NCBI RefSeq assembly: GCF_001194135.2 | Contig: NC_068998.1 | Location: forward strand, 39,826,422 to 39,890,421 | Length of the DNA stretch: 64,000 nt | DNA from: Octopus bimaculoides | Lineage: Eukaryota | Direction: 5' to 3' | Made by a program: the position numbers and the translations under genes | Notes under the pieces: generated by a model | Told to the model about the DNA's origin: nothing | Database searches by the model: none | Seen by the model: only the letters and a program-made list of their open reading frames with translations | Shown: positions 12,377 to 26,267 of the stretch, in pieces | Position numbering within the stretch: position 1 is the first letter of the stretch | Layout: every line of letters starts with the position of its first letter

Positions 12377-15045
12377 CTGACAAAATAACCAAGAGAAATT
12401 CTGACATTAGATAAGCTATTTAATTCATAATACCAAATACATATATAAAACACAATATACATGCCAATATTATATAAAGCACAATTGGTGCAAGAATGGC
12501 TGTTTGTTGGGACGCTTGCTTCTCAACCACATGGTTTTTGGTTCAGTTCCACAATGTGGCACCTAGAGCAGGTGTCTTCTGTTAAATCTTTGGATCAACC
12601 TAAGCTGTAAGAAAGGATTTCTTAAAGGGAAACTGATAGAGATCCATCATGGGTGTGTGTGTGTGTGTGTGTTTGCATATGTCGTCAGAAATAGGCAAGG
12701 GTTGGTGACAGGAAGGGCATCTGGCTACAGAAAATCTGCCTTAACTAGTTCTGTCTGACACATGTATTGTTTTACATAATATTGATTTCAAGTGTTGGTA
12801 CAAGGTTAGTAAGTTAGTAAGTTTAGTGGAAGAGGTAAGTTGATTACATCAACCCCAGTACTCAGCTGGTACTTATTTTATCAACCCCAAAAGGGTCAAA
12901 GGCAAAGTTGACCTTGGTGGAATTTGAACTCAGAATGTAAAGATGGATGAAATGCTGCTAAGCATTTTGCCAGGTGTGGTAATGATTCCGCCAGCTCACC
13001 GCCTTACTGTTTTATATAATATTGATATGTATGTTGTATAGAGCATGTTTAAATGCAAGCATGAAAAAGTGGATATTAAACTGATGATGATGATATATCC
13101 AACATACATAAAATATCAGCAATATATAAAATACAATAAAACAAATATCATCATCATTTAACTTTCTTGTACCATGGACTGGATAGTTTGTTTGGTAGGA
13201 TCCGATGGATCCAAGGACTGCATCATACTCCAATATCTGTTTTGGCATAGTTTTTAAAGCTGCATGTCCTTCCAAATGCCATCTACTTTACAGTGTGTAC
13301 TGGATGCTTTTCTCTTTCTTCCAGAGCAGGTTCAGTGGGAAGGGGAGCTACATGACCCCTCATATTTAGGAGAGAATTAGAAATGAAATCAGTAGTAGAC
13401 GCAGAGCCAGAAAATACTTCAGTCCCCAACGACAACTGCTGAACCCTACAAAATTCAAGTATGGACCACAATAGAACAACACATCCACATCTGGGAAAGT
13501 GGTGTTGCTCTACACACTTGACCAAACAGACCTATGACATAAGGTGTTCCAAGTGTGACCATTCCATATATTTTGTATTTCACAAGGAGTTATGCTTGTA
13601 GGACCTCACTTTTATTGAGCACAGCAAAACACTATTCATCAGTCCTTTGTTACCTCCACCATGAAGCATAACATCTGGAGATCAGTCTTCACTATTTTGT
13701 CCCTTATCCTCCTGGCTCTGCCTCTTCCACAAGTTCCATACACTTTAAGTCACTCACAAACATACTCCAACCTCTGGTCCACAGACATGCTGTATCCCCT
13801 CTCTGCCTTTCCTACCACTACTTGAGTGGCTGAGTGGCCGCTACTCCTGGTAGGTCTCTTGTGCTATCTCAACTCACGCACTCCCAACTCATTCATTTCT
13901 CCTCCTCCCATTATCCATGTTGTATTCTTCACTCTCCAGATTTCCAACTAACCCCTATACCCAGTCCCTCCTTTCTAGAATGCCATATCTCAGGAATCCC
14001 CTCTCTATAGGTGTCAGCCTGTGACTATTTAACAATATTGATTTCACCAGTTTGAGAAGGATGCTGCGGCTATAGGCACACTCACTTTCCTCTAGACAGA
14101 AACCAATTAAAAAAAAATCAATATATCATAAAACAATACCTTAACACATACAATATATAAACACAATGTAACATATAATGGTTTCTGTCTGAGATGATTG
14201 TTTTTGTTAATAGATCAAACCAATTGAAATGTAATTTAGCTGTAAATATTGATTTTAAATTTTGGCACAAGGCCAGCAAGTGTGAGGAGGGGATAGTCAA
14301 TTACATCAACCCTAGTGTTTAATTGGTGCTTATTTCATCAACCCCAAAAGGACAAAAGACAATGTGGACCTCGGCAGAATTTGAACTCAGAACGTAAAGC
14401 CAGACAAAATGCCATTAAACATTTTGCCCATTGTGCTAACGATTTTGCCAACTCTCTACTTTAAGTTAGAGCTATATTGGTTTCAAATTTTGACACAAGG
14501 CTGGCGATTTGAGGGAGGATGTAAATCAATTACATCATCCCCAGTGCTCAACTGGTACTTATTTTATCAATCCCGAAAGGATGAAAGGCAAAGTTGATCT
14601 TGGCAGAATTTGAATTAAGAATGCAAAACCAGATGGAATGCCACTAAGCATTTTGCTGGCTCCTGTGCTGATGGCATGTAAAAAGCACCAACTACTCTCT
14701 CAGAGTGGCTGGCGTTAGGAAAGGTATCCAGCTGTAGAAACATTGCCAGATCAGATTGGAGTCTGGTGCAGCTGCTGGCTTTCCAGACCTCAGTCAAACC
14801 ATCCAACCCATGCCAGCATGGAAAACGGATGCTAAACGATGATGTAACATATGCAAGGCACTGAAAAAAACCGTCTTGAGAGAGAGGGGGGAGGGAGGGA
14901 AAGGGGAGTGGGGGGNNNNNNNNNNNNNNNNNNNNNNNNNNNNNNNNNNNNGAAAGGGGAGCAGAGGGAGAGAAAGGGGAGCAGAGGAAGAGAAAGGGAG
15001 AAGAGGGAGAGAGAAAGAAAGGAGGCAAGAGGGAGAGAGAGAAAG

Positions 15046-15094
<49 letters not shown>

Positions 15095-15228
15095 CAATTT
15101 TATAACAAAACAACAAAATAACATGAAAATAATATCTGATTTGGTGAGTGATAGCTCTAAGATGAAATCCTCTTGCAAGTGCAAGGAAAGAAGTGTGCAT
15201 CTGTGAGTGTGAACGTGTGTGTACTAAC

Positions 15229-15372
15229 CTTAAGTTGACCAATATCATTGAACTTTTCAAACGTGGACTCCCAAAGTTCTTTCTTACGTCCCAATATTCG
15301 GACACACAGTTGGGCTGCTTCTTCATATTCAGCAGCCTCGAGGAGATGATCTAAGTATTGCTTTCCGAGTTC
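15229..15372 (-). CDS. VPS41: VPS41 coding exon, 144 nt, phase 0/0: ELGKQYLDHLLEAAEYEEAAQLCVRILGRKKELWESTFEKFNDIGQLK
   Basis: ttttcag| ... |gttagt; ILG...LWE...KF..IGQLK motif. Confidence 0.95.
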
Positions 15373-15598
15373 CTGAAAATAAAATAAATTATTACAAGAT
15401 TCTGTACTTAACTATTTGCAGTGCTTCCATCACATTTCATTTCATACGTGAAATGGTGCAGTTTTATGGAGATCTAACCAACACTCATGAGGATGCTGAT
15501 AATGAAGATAGTGGTCATGATGATGATGATGCTAATGAAGATGGTCATGATGATGGTGCTAATGATGATGATGGAATTATGTAAATTTAATAAGTTAC

Positions 15599-15655
15599 CT
15601 GGACATTATGTTTTTTCAGTTCTCTACTGTGAGCCATAGCAGATTCCATTGCATC
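15599..15655 (-). CDS. VPS41: VPS41 coding exon, 57 nt, phase 0/0: DAMESAMAHSRELKKHNVQ
   Basis: aaccag| ... |gtaact; positional match to human EALMAAEISQKNIKRHKIL. Confidence 0.88.
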
Positions 15656-15694
15656 CTGGTTTATGAGATAGAGAAGAAAAAAACAACAATATGG

Positions 15695-15751
<57 letters not shown>

Positions 15752-17953
15752 TAAAAATAGTAGTAGTACATGGAACAAATAGGGGCTGCAGTAAGAGTGG
15801 AGCACTTGCAGAAAACAGCACTGCTTGGAACCACGTGAATACTCTGGATGGTGCTCGAAAAATAAGGAGTATTACCTCAGTTCACTAATAGTGAACAGCT
15901 GACACCATAGTACATCTCAAGCATTAGAAGCTGTGCAAAGACAATAAAATAATGATAATAATAATAATAAAAATAAATAGACAAAGCAAAATCCCAACAA
16001 TGGTTGAGAATCTCAGGATTCAAAGAAGAGGCTAACCCTAACAACCAGATTTGAGAAATTGACATAAGGGCAGAACATGCTCAGAAAACTGTTTTATTGG
16101 GGACAGTGAGAATTTTGAGACTGGTACTTGGATGTTAAGCATCATGGAAGAAGACCCTGTGAGACCCTTGACAACAGGTTGTAGTCCACTCTTACAGCAT
16201 TAGCCAGAGCAAGTGAAACTGAAGCTCAGAAGTTTATTAATAATAATAATAATAATAATAACAGGCAGTGCTCCAGCATGGCAGCAGTCATATGACTGAA
16301 ACAAATAAAAGAATAACAGAACAATGATGATGATGATGCTGATTTTATATCTATTTGTCTGTCTGTCTATCTATCTATCTATATATATATTTTCAATTCC
16401 CAAGCGTTATACTAATACATCTGTTTGTTTTCTACACCACCTGTCTTCGTCTGTTGTTTTTTTGTGAATTATATATATATATATATATATATATACATAC
16501 ATCAAATGAAAGACAGATGGAATTAACCAGTAAGCTACCAGGTGTAAACTATTCATTTTATTATCCATTATATATATATATATAAAGCTTTAAAAATTAC
16601 ACTGTGGCTAGGAATAAAATTGCCAAGGAAAACATGCTCTGCAAAGAATTACCATTTTCCAAGACCATCCACCCATGAACCAAAGAGGAAGCATCTATAT
16701 AGTTGCTTGATCTGCTAAAAGAAGCAACCACATGTCCCTCAAACTGCACCCCACCATCTTTGAAAAAGGTAGATCAAGCAGTTCTAGATTATACTATTTC
16801 TGCAAAGAGGAAGAGGAGGAGGGAGAAAGAAAGAAAGTTTAGGAGGAGGAGGAGGAGGAGGAGGACTAAATGTTTCTGATTATAAATCGGAGCTGGAACT
16901 AAACAACAACAACAACAATAACTCACTGAAAGACAAATACTTCCATTTTAGTATTCTTTACTAGGCTCCTGTGGTCATGCTGGAGCACTGCTGTCAAAGG
17001 TTTTTAGTTGATCATATGGACTCCAGCTCTTATTTCAGTCTGATATTTATTTTATTGAATAGCTAAGTAACTTTTTGACATAAAAGGACCCTATCAATAC
17101 ATATTTTGTAATAATAAACATAAACACACACACACACACACACATAACAAGCTTCTACAGTTTCCATCAATCAAATTTCACTTGTAAAGCATCAGCCAAA
17201 CTGAGGCTACAAGTAGAAGACATTTGCCTTGGATGTCAGACAGTAGGGTTGAACCAGGGACCATATGGTTGCAAAGTAAACTTCTTAACCACAACCATGA
17301 CCATACCATATACATTTTATGAACAATAAATATCATTATGAGATATTTGGATCTCAAAATGGAATTCAGTAGACGGAACTATGTTTTGCTGTAGCTTAGT
17401 GAAAGCAAATGGCAGTATTTATACATCAGATCTGGATATGTTTGGCTTCCAGGATTCCAATTACAGCTTCTGGAAGTCTGTGCAAGATTCCAATGGCTTA
17501 ATGCCAGAAACTTCTATTCACTGCGTTAAATGTTGGCATAAACACGGTGATGTCATGTATATATAGACAGACACATACAAAGACACACACACACAAAATA
17601 GTAGGCCTAAGGCAGCATCATATTGATGTTTAGCCATGAGCTAGGTGAGGCAAGATCAAAAGTGTTCCAGTTGTGACCATCACATCTTTTGCCAAAATAC
17701 AGGGCACCTCAGGCCACATTAACCAATGTATCCATTTCTAAGACAGTACAGTGAGATTTAAGTAGCCAACTTAATTCTACATGTATTGATTCACATAGCC
17801 ACGTGAGAATGTCCCAGAACATCTGAAAATGTTACCTGAGATAGAGAGATGGCCTTCCTTGAGACAAATTTAACACTCATTCTTTTGATACCACAGAATC
17901 AGATTTTAGCATTACTCACCTTCCCATGGTACCTATTTTGCAAGTATCTAAAG

Positions 17954-18242
17954 CAGTGATTCCCCACCAGTGGGGCCTGGGAAATTTGTGGTGTGGTGTG
18001 GTGCTGCAGTTGCCAGGCACAAGGCTATCTTTAAAGTGATTCATGTCTTTTTCTTAGTCAATAATGTGTGTTTTTTTTTGTACTTAGTACTTAATAAAAG
18101 AGTTACCAGTAGATTCTTTTGTATTAAATAATTGAGATAAAATATTAAAAAATAAAGCTGTTTTTTTTTCAACCACCAGTGGGGCATCATTTTTCTGGGA
18201 AGTTATACTGGGTCCTGGGAGAAAATAAACTGGAAAACACAG
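17954..18242. mobile_element. hAT-superfamily MITE (degenerate)
   Basis: Ends cagtgattccc / ggaaaacacag; perfect 8-bp TSD atctaaag at 17946-17953 and 18243-18250. Confidence 0.8.
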
Positions 18243-18386
18243 ATCTAAAGTGAGCCATTGAGAATCCAGTTACAACATCCAGGTTCAATGATGGAAGACA
18301 AAACCTCTTTGACTAACATTTACTCTGATTCAGTCAACTGTGACCTGTCCTGACCAGATACACTGACAATACTCAACTATACTGAC

Positions 18387-18502
18387 CTCATAACGTTCGT
18401 GCTCCAATAACCAGGTAATGTGGTCGTCTTGATCTCTCAGTTTGGCCACAACAACGTCCTTAGGGCTAATGAGGAAGTAAAGACTTTCTTCAACAACACA
18501 CT
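18387..18502 (-). CDS. VPS41: VPS41 coding exon, 116 nt, phase 1/0: (E)CVVEESLYFLISPKDVVVAKLRDQDDHITWLLEHERYE
   Basis: attacag| ... |gtcagt; hallmark SPxDVVVAKxRDQDDHIxWLLE motif. Confidence 0.97.
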
Positions 18503-18689
18503 CTGTAATAGACAGACCCAGTTACATGAGAATCTTCATAACAAAGACATCAGTTATTGTAATGGATAGGAAGTTATTAAGTAGTAAGAAAGTTGATTAA
18601 TTACAGTTAATAATATCATGTTAATTCACAAATCTTACTAGAATCCTCCCCAATAGTTACAACCAAAATATATTTCTGCCTTCACACTG

Positions 18690-19050
18690 GGATAATTTTT
18701 AAAAACTTGTTGAGTCTGGAGGAAGGGGCAATGTCCATGACACTTGCTGGCTCTCTGAGACTTGTGAGCTTGATGCCATTAATGTTTTGTTTGAAACTGC
18801 TGCAGATCAATACCTTCAGGGAAAAGGTTCCAGAGCGCCAATGTATTGGAGAGAGATAAGTGGGCAAAATGGTTAATGCCAGACTGAGAACATTGGATGC
18901 ACCAAGGATGACAAGATTTGGAGAGATGAGTGGCTTGGGGGTATCTAAGTGGTGGAGGTATGAGACCAGCCAGCTCTGAGGAGCAGAGGCCATTATAGTA
19001 ACAATAGAAAAGGCAAAGAGAGGACACAGCAAACCTGTGGGCCAAAGGCT
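18690..19050 (-). mobile_element. CR1/Jockey-group LINE, degenerate ORF2 C-terminus
   Basis: Translation AHRFAVSSLCLFYCYYNGLCSSELAGLIPPP...NTLALWNLFP resembles the L.HRR.V..L.LFY.YY.G.CS.EL...R...LWN.LP tail of APE-type non-LTR ORF2 proteins. Confidence 0.7.
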
Positions 19051-19251
19051 AGAGTATGCCTCATCATCACCATTTTTTTACTAATTACTTTTGCATGTTT
19101 GCATAGGTTGGATGGTGTTAATTGGGGAAGATTTTCTATGACCAGACATGTTTATGCAGAATATTGGAAAAGAGTGACACTGCTTGTATGAGAGTGACAC
19201 TCATAACTATCACACAATTTTAAGAGAAGGAGATACGAACATACACTCACA

Positions 19252-19292
<41 letters not shown>

Positions 19293-19746
19293 GTTTCATT
19301 CTATCAAATTCGTCCACAGGTGTTTGGCTGGCCTGGAGCTACAGTAGAAGACTCTTGTCCAAAGTGCCATGCAGTGGGACTGAACCCGAATTCATAAGGC
19401 TGGGAAGAAAACCTCTTAACCACACAGCTATGCATAAAAATGAACTACTAATTATTACAATTTACACAGTAATAATCAATTATTCATGTTGTGTAGTTCT
19501 AGATAGCTGAACACGGGGTGGGTTAAATGATCAGTTGTGATTCACAGATCCAATGTTTCAGATCCACACTTTGGCAAGCAGTAGTATGGCAGCCCAGGCA
19601 AGTTTTATTTCTTCACTGTCTGGTCTATTCATGCATGTGTTGAGTCCTGGTTGTGGTCACAATGGGAATGGGAAAGGTAGAGGCTGTTGAAGTATGCAAT
19701 AAAAAAAAAAAGTCAGAAGCTGTAGGGTACAGTGTGAAATACTTAC

Positions 19747-19879
19747 CAAGATGATAGTCAAAACATCTGTATTCTTCGAATCCTCGGAAGGATAAAGCAT
19801 CATCAGATATCTCCTCATAGTAATTTTCCTCTGGTTCCCATATCTGAAGGTGGGGTCGGTCAGCTTTGAACTTACCACC
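19747..19879 (-). CDS. VPS41: VPS41 coding exon, 133 nt, phase 0/1: GGKFKADRPHLQIWEPEENYYEEISDDALSFRGFEEYRCFDYHL
   Basis: ctcacag| ... |gtaag; RPxL...EEISxDAL..RGF...CxDYHL motif. Confidence 0.96.
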
Positions 19880-20500
19880 CTGTGAGAGAAAATAAACCAT
19901 GTCAAATCATTTATGAGAGAGAGGTGATAAAACATTTGTCATCTAGAGTGTTAGTCATTTTATGTCAGTAAGGAGGAGGAGGAGAAGAAGAAGAAAAAAC
20001 AGAAGACATATTCAACCAATCACAAAACATGCTCAGTACAGTTACAATAGATCTTTAAGTTGGCAAGAAATGGCTATCATTTCTAGCAGATCAAGTGGCC
20101 ACTTAGAGGCTCCCTTGGTTAAATAAATGTAACAATGAACCATAGTGGTACAATCACTTCTCACTATACCAGTCACACTCAGACATTCTCTCTATCCCAC
20201 ATTTGTACCTATACACAGACCCACACATACACAAATGCTCAAATACATACATGCATACACACACACAAACCCTGTTTAACACTTGCACACACACACACAC
20301 ACTGTTCAGACTTGCACATATACACAGACACAGGTAATCACACAGGGTCTCTTTCCCTCCCTGACATACACACACATAAATACACTCCTCGTCTCAACCT
20401 TTTACCACACATGCCAGATTGGGTGTTATATTCATAGAGTTAGTTAGTAAAAAAAAAAAAAGGTGCTAAATTAATTTAATTTAGTGAAGTAGACACTGAC

Positions 20501-20610
20501 CTCGATATGTTGGCCTTCTTTGTCATAGGTGAAGACAACCAGATTGTTTTCCAGTGGTGCTATTCCACATATGTAGCAGTTAGATTCTGGTGTGGTAGTG
20601 AACATGTGGG
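20501..20610 (-). CDS. VPS41: VPS41 coding exon, 110 nt, phase 1/0: (T)HMFTTTPESNCYICGIAPLENNLVVFTYDKEGQHIE
   Basis: cttacag| ... |gtcagt; YIxGxAPL...LVV motif. Confidence 0.93.
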
Positions 20611-20920
20611 CTGTAAGAGACCAGAAGGGGAAGAGTTAGGGTTATTTGAAGATGGGGTGCTTGCTGATGTTGTTTGTGCGTGCATGGTGGTGATAAGGAA
20701 CTTAACACAGTTGATGGGGGGGAGGGAATGTATATAGAGGGAAGAGGTACATGGGGGAAGATCATGGTGATAAGAGAGGGAAAAGACAAGATGGCAGGAA
20801 AAGAAGAAAGAGAAAGAGAGGACAACAGAACAGAAACACAGTAAGTCAGTGTGACAACAGGATAGATGGGTGGTCAAACATGGAAAGAGACAATAGAACA
20901 TATTTTTATATATATACATA

Positions 20921-21449
20921 CAAGTCCTGATCAAAAAGTATCAGGACTGTTGCTATGGTAACGAGGCTAAAGTACACAGATTGACCTTGAACTCTGCTGT
21001 GCATGCACATTAAGTTATAGCATTATCACTCATTTCTGTTGTTTATGACAGTGCTTGGAAGTAAAGTGTGTAGAGTATGGTTGTGAGACAGAATTGCATG
21101 CATCTAGTGAGTGGCAACTCCGCCATGACAATGCACCTATACCCATTTAGCACAGCTTGTGCAACAGGTTTTGGCCAAGCACAACATTCCCCAGGTTTGA
21201 CAACCATCATATTTCCCAGATCTTGCCCCTTGTGACTTCTCTTACCAAAATTTCAAATTGCACTTGAAAGGGATGCAACAAGGCAGCTGCTTGCTGTCCC
21301 CATAAAAGGAGTTCCAGGAATGCTTCCATGAATGGAACTGATGCTGGATAAAGTGTGTGGCTTCAAAAGGGAACTACTTCAAAGGGGATTAAATGCCAAA
21401 TTGGTATGTGTTGTAAGCACCAGTCCCAATTCCTTTTAGTCAGACCTCG
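20921..21449 (+). mobile_element. Internally deleted mariner (DD34D) element
   Basis: TA flanks at 20919-20920 and 21450-21451; ~30-bp degenerate TIRs; remnant codons EWQLRHDNAP and PSYFPDLAPCDF (HDNA and YSPDLAPxD motifs). Confidence 0.88.
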
Positions 21450-22580
21450 TAAATAATTCATATACACACAGGAATAACTGTGTAGTTAAGAAGCTTGCTC
21501 TGCAACCACATGGTTTAAGGTTCAATTCCTTTAACCGTTCATCACTAGGCACAAAGCCACTTCCTACAATACTACTCCCATTTCATTTGAGAGGTCTTGT
21601 CTAGCAATTTAGTTGGTGACCTCTGAGTGTTGGTGCCACTTAAAAAGCACCCAGTACACTGTAAAGTGGTTGGTGCTAGGATGGGCATCCAGCTGTAGAA
21701 CACATACCAAAGCATAGAGTAGAGATCGGTGCAGTCAGTTGGCTTGCCAGCTTCTGTCACACTATCCAACCTATGCCTGTATGGAAGATAGATGTTAAAT
21801 GATGATGATGATAATGATGATGTATATGTGTATGTGTTTATGTTTGTCCCTGACCACTGCCTGACAACTGGTATTTGTTTATATCTCTGTAACTAAGCAG
21901 TTTGGCAAAAGAGATTAATAGAATAAGTACCAGACTTAAAAGTAAGTATGGGGGTTGATTTGTTTGACTAAGCCCTTCAAGGCAGTGCCCCGGCATGCTG
22001 CAGTCCAATAAGTGAAACAAGTAAAAGGTCAAAGATAGGCAGCAGTGTACCAAATGTTATAGACAAAAAATTCTTAATGAAGTGAAATCTGACTCTACCA
22101 TCAAGTTGGAGAGAAAGAAAACAGAGACCCAATGGCAACTGTTAGCAACTCTCAAAGAAAAGGTGAGATAATTTTAATAAATTAAGAATCAATTTTTACA
22201 GGAAATTGCATTTTCTTGTTTAGGAGAAAAATCTGATTCATAGAAAAATCTGATACATAGAGAATAAAACATATACACATGTTATAGTAGGACTAACAGA
22301 CAGACAAAAGAACATACACATCTATAGCAAGACTGACAGACAACAGAACATACAGTCGTAAGACAGACAGGCGAACATACACATACATTTATATATAACA
22401 GACAAAAATACATATAGTAAGACAAACAGACAACAGAATATGTACATATATGGCAGACATGCAATAAAACATACAGATATATAAATAGACAGCCAGACAA
22501 TAAGACATACACATACAGAGATAGACAGACAGACAGGCAAATTGAAAGTTATCAAAGAGAAATTAATCTATAATTCTTAC

Positions 22581-22647
22581 TGATTTCCACAAAGCGTTCA
22601 GGCATATTTGCATCAACATCAGATGTTTTATCACGAACCACACAGAT
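22581..22647 (-). CDS. VPS41: VPS41 coding exon, 67 nt, phase 0/1: ICVVRDKTSDVDANMPERFVEI
   Basis: tttcag| ... |gtaag; corresponds to human VCSVKER...LPSRYVEI. Confidence 0.93.
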
Positions 22648-24245
22648 CTGAAAGACATGGGATACAGGTTCAAATTACAAAAGGAAAAAAAAAAAAAAAA
22701 AAAAAAAAATTAAATTAGAGAAATAGAATCTTTTAATTTTCATGTTTGTTAGTACTTTGGTTCATACTTTGCTATGGTGATAGAGTTTAGCCAACCTAGC
22801 AAACCCCCATAAGGGAAGTAGAATAGACATTAGATGGTGTGTGGTGAAAGGGATGAAATGCAGTGTAGAGTATTGGTATGATGAGGAGGGTGTTGGTGAT
22901 GAAGGTAGAGGATAATGATGAGGATGAAGATATTAAAGGATGGAGGTGGGTAATGATGATGGAGAGTAATAATGTTGATAATGGAGGGAAGGGGAGGATG
23001 ATGATGGTGAGGGATATAATGATGATAAAGAAAGGAGTTGGTGATAAGAGTGATGATAATAATAAAGGAAGGGGAATAGGGATGAAGATAGTCATGATGA
23101 TCATAGCAGCTAACAGGGATGGTAGTTGTAGTGATGATGATAACTATGACGACAACAATGATGTTGATAGAAGCCAAGGGCCCATTATTTACACAACATT
23201 TTTATGACAACATCATACACATTTCCATGAATCTCCTTGAAATGTAAAGGACAATGGATAATAATATAGTCCCTGGTATACAGAAAGACAGAATGGTCAC
23301 AGCTGGAATTCCTTTGAAAGTTAGGCCTGCTCAATGAGACCCAACCAAGGGCTAAACAACAATACATCAACCAAAACATACAATTATTAAGGGTTGGAAC
23401 TACTGATGAGCCTTAGATTCATTACATCTGTAACAATCAATAAAAGGGTATTGTTAAGGGTGGAAGTAGGTAATGTGAGCCCCAGATCCCTTATATTTAT
23501 GATTGTTGATGAGAGTGTGTGGTAAACGCCAGCGATAGCAACAAGAATCTTGGTTCCATCAAAACCAACCAATGGAGGAATGTTCTGTTGTCATGAGCCA
23601 CAGACGGAAACCTTTATGTGGCAACTTGGTCTGTTAGAAATAGCAACCAAATCGTCCTCATATTACTCCTATTGTCTAAAGAGAAAAAACAAGGAAGGAA
23701 GGAAAGAAGGAAGGAAGAAGTTTGAAAAACCCCACAAAACAAGAAGAAAAAAACAAAAAGAAAAACAGGATGTTAACAGCGGCAATACTTTTCACTGTAG
23801 GTTTGCTTAAGCAAGGATGACCAGAGGCTAAGCAGTAACAATTTTGCTATCAAGAGTAGATGTCCAGGATGACCACCAGCCCTCATTTGATCAACATTTC
23901 TAACAACAGCTATTTCATCTTTTATGTGGAGCAGGTTGTCTTAAAATTACCAACATATGATAAAATATGTGATCTCCAATTCTTTCAAAAGAATGGTAAG
24001 TAGTTTGTTGAGAAAGATTTAGTCAATATGTTGAACAAATTGTGTGATTCTGCAGTTGTTCCTTTCCCTGCCTCAGGTTTCCCTTCCTCAGGTTTCCCTT
24101 CACTGACATCGATGGTGATTATGGAGAGGGATTTAAAGAACATAGACTGTATAGAGAAGTTATAAGGGGGAATATTAATGTAGAATGGAAGGGTAATTAC
24201 ATGAAAGGTATGCGAGGAAGAACTAAAAAAACAAAAGATGCATAC

Positions 24246-24327
24246 TTTAATTAAGTCTGCCCAGCCAACCAGCAAGGTTCGGTCATCTTTCCAGCAGAGG
24301 TTACACTGATAGAGGTCAGGTCGATTA
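24246..24327 (-). CDS. VPS41: VPS41 coding exon, 82 nt, phase 2/0: NRPDLYQCNLCWKDDRTLLVGWADLIK
   Basis: tttccag| ... |gtatg; RPDxYxCxLCWKD...GW motif. Confidence 0.96.
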
Positions 24328-24510
24328 CTGGAAAGAGAATAAATTTTATCAATATTAGTGTTAATAATTAGCAAAGGCATGGCTGTGTGGTTAAGAAGTT
24401 TGCTTCACAACCATGTGGCTTCATGTTCAGTTCCAATGTGTGGCACAGAGGGCTAGTACTTTCTCTGATAGTGTCTGTTATTCTAAACAATCAGATAACT
24501 TGACTCACAC

Positions 24511-24761
24511 CAGGGCCGGCACTAGGAAGGGCAGGGCCCAATTAGAAAATTGTCAGCATCACCCTCTACTCTACAAAAGCTGAAGATTGATGTTTTATGC
24601 TTCTTGTAGCATGAAAGTCCCAGACAAAAAGTGTCGAGAGTTCGAGGCTCTATCATTAGCCACAATGATATACTAAAAATTTGTCATAGTGTCCTCTGCC
24701 TGAGTATGTGTGCAGAGCCCAATTTGAATAAATCTGCCTAATTGGCTTAAAACCAGCCTTG
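24511..24761. mobile_element. MITE with cagggccgg.../...ccagccttg termini
   Basis: Degenerate TIR; 7-bp direct repeat ctcacac at 24504-24510 and 24762-24768. Confidence 0.6.
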
Positions 24762-25967
24762 CTCACACCCATGCAACTCCATTAGACTTTAAAAATTAGT
24801 TGAGATTAGCGCAGTTTTAGCGGTTGTAAGTTAGACCTGGAAGGATGTGTGCCAAAGAGGAAGGAATGAGGGGGAAGTGTTTAAATATATCTCTTATCTT
24901 TCACTTGTTTAGGTCATTGAACTGTGGCCATACTGGGGCACTGCCCTGAAGGGTTTAGTCAAGCAAATTGACCCCAGTACTTATTCTATCAGTCTCTTTT
25001 GTCAAACCACTAGCAGGATGTAACAAACCAACACCAGCTGTCAAGCAGGTTAGGGTGTGTGTGTGGGGGGGAGCACACACACAAATATATACACTGCCTT
25101 CCCCCACCCCACCCCACCATACATGTACAATGGGCTTCCATATAGTTCCTGTCTATCAAATTCCCTGACAAGGAATTGGCTGACGCGAGGCAATAGTAGA
25201 AGAAACTTGCTCAATGTACTGCGCAGTGGGACTGAACCTGAAACCATGTGTTTGCAAAGCAAGCTTTTAAACCACACCCCAAATGTTTAAATATTGCCAT
25301 ACCCTGCTGGTAGGTCATGCATCCCACCTTGAGAAACACCAAATTAAAGTTATGGTGTTAGGTAGCTGAGTATACTACAGACATGCCCTTCATGCAATCC
25401 TTAGGCAGATTCAGTGAGATGCTATGTATAAAAAAGCTTGCCATTTAAATTACAGGTGCAGTTCACCCACTGGGTTAATGTAGCTTCGGTCTCCCTAAAC
25501 TATCCTTATAAGGTTTGAATAAATTCAAGCTTGTCATGGAAAATACCTGTCCAATGTGCAGTAGGATTGAACACGAAACCTCATTATTAAAACACAAACT
25601 TATTAACTGGTGGACCATGCTTGCACTCTGGTATATAACACAAACATACACACACACACAAGTCATACACATATACAGACATACAAATACATAGCTAGGA
25701 ATAAAGATATATGCACACATGCATACACACTATGAGAAAGAGACTTAATAGTGTGTATGTATGCATGCATGTACATGAACACATACAGACTACTTACACA
25801 CACCAACACTGACAGACAAACAGACAAACCTCAGACTCAAGGTTACCAACCCACTCCTTCCTCTTCTCTCAATTTTTCTTCATCATTTCATATGAAATAC
25901 AAAGATGAAAACATCTTTGTATTTTCTTATTTCTTCTACCACCAACACCATTATTTCACCAAATACA

Positions 25968-26007
<40 letters not shown>

Positions 26008-26068
26008 CATTTCATTTATGTTTTAATTTTGTTTGATAAATCTCTGCATTTTAATTAACATCGATTTT

Positions 26069-26112
<44 letters not shown>

Positions 26113-26205
26113 CACATATAAAGCATTTTTTATTTTTTAATCATTTAAAAATAACATCAAAAACAACAAGAACAATAATAATAATCATCAATTGAAAACA
26201 TTTAC

Positions 26206-26267
26206 CTATGATCTTTTGGAATGTTGGTTATGCGGCACTCTAGACTCATGTCATAGATTTTCACACC
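26206..26267 (-). CDS. VPS41: VPS41 coding exon, 62 nt, phase 0/2: GVKIYDMSLECRITNIPKDH(S)
   Basis: cctcag| ... |gtaaa; GVKIxD...RITNxP motif; phase fits both neighbours. Confidence 0.95.
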
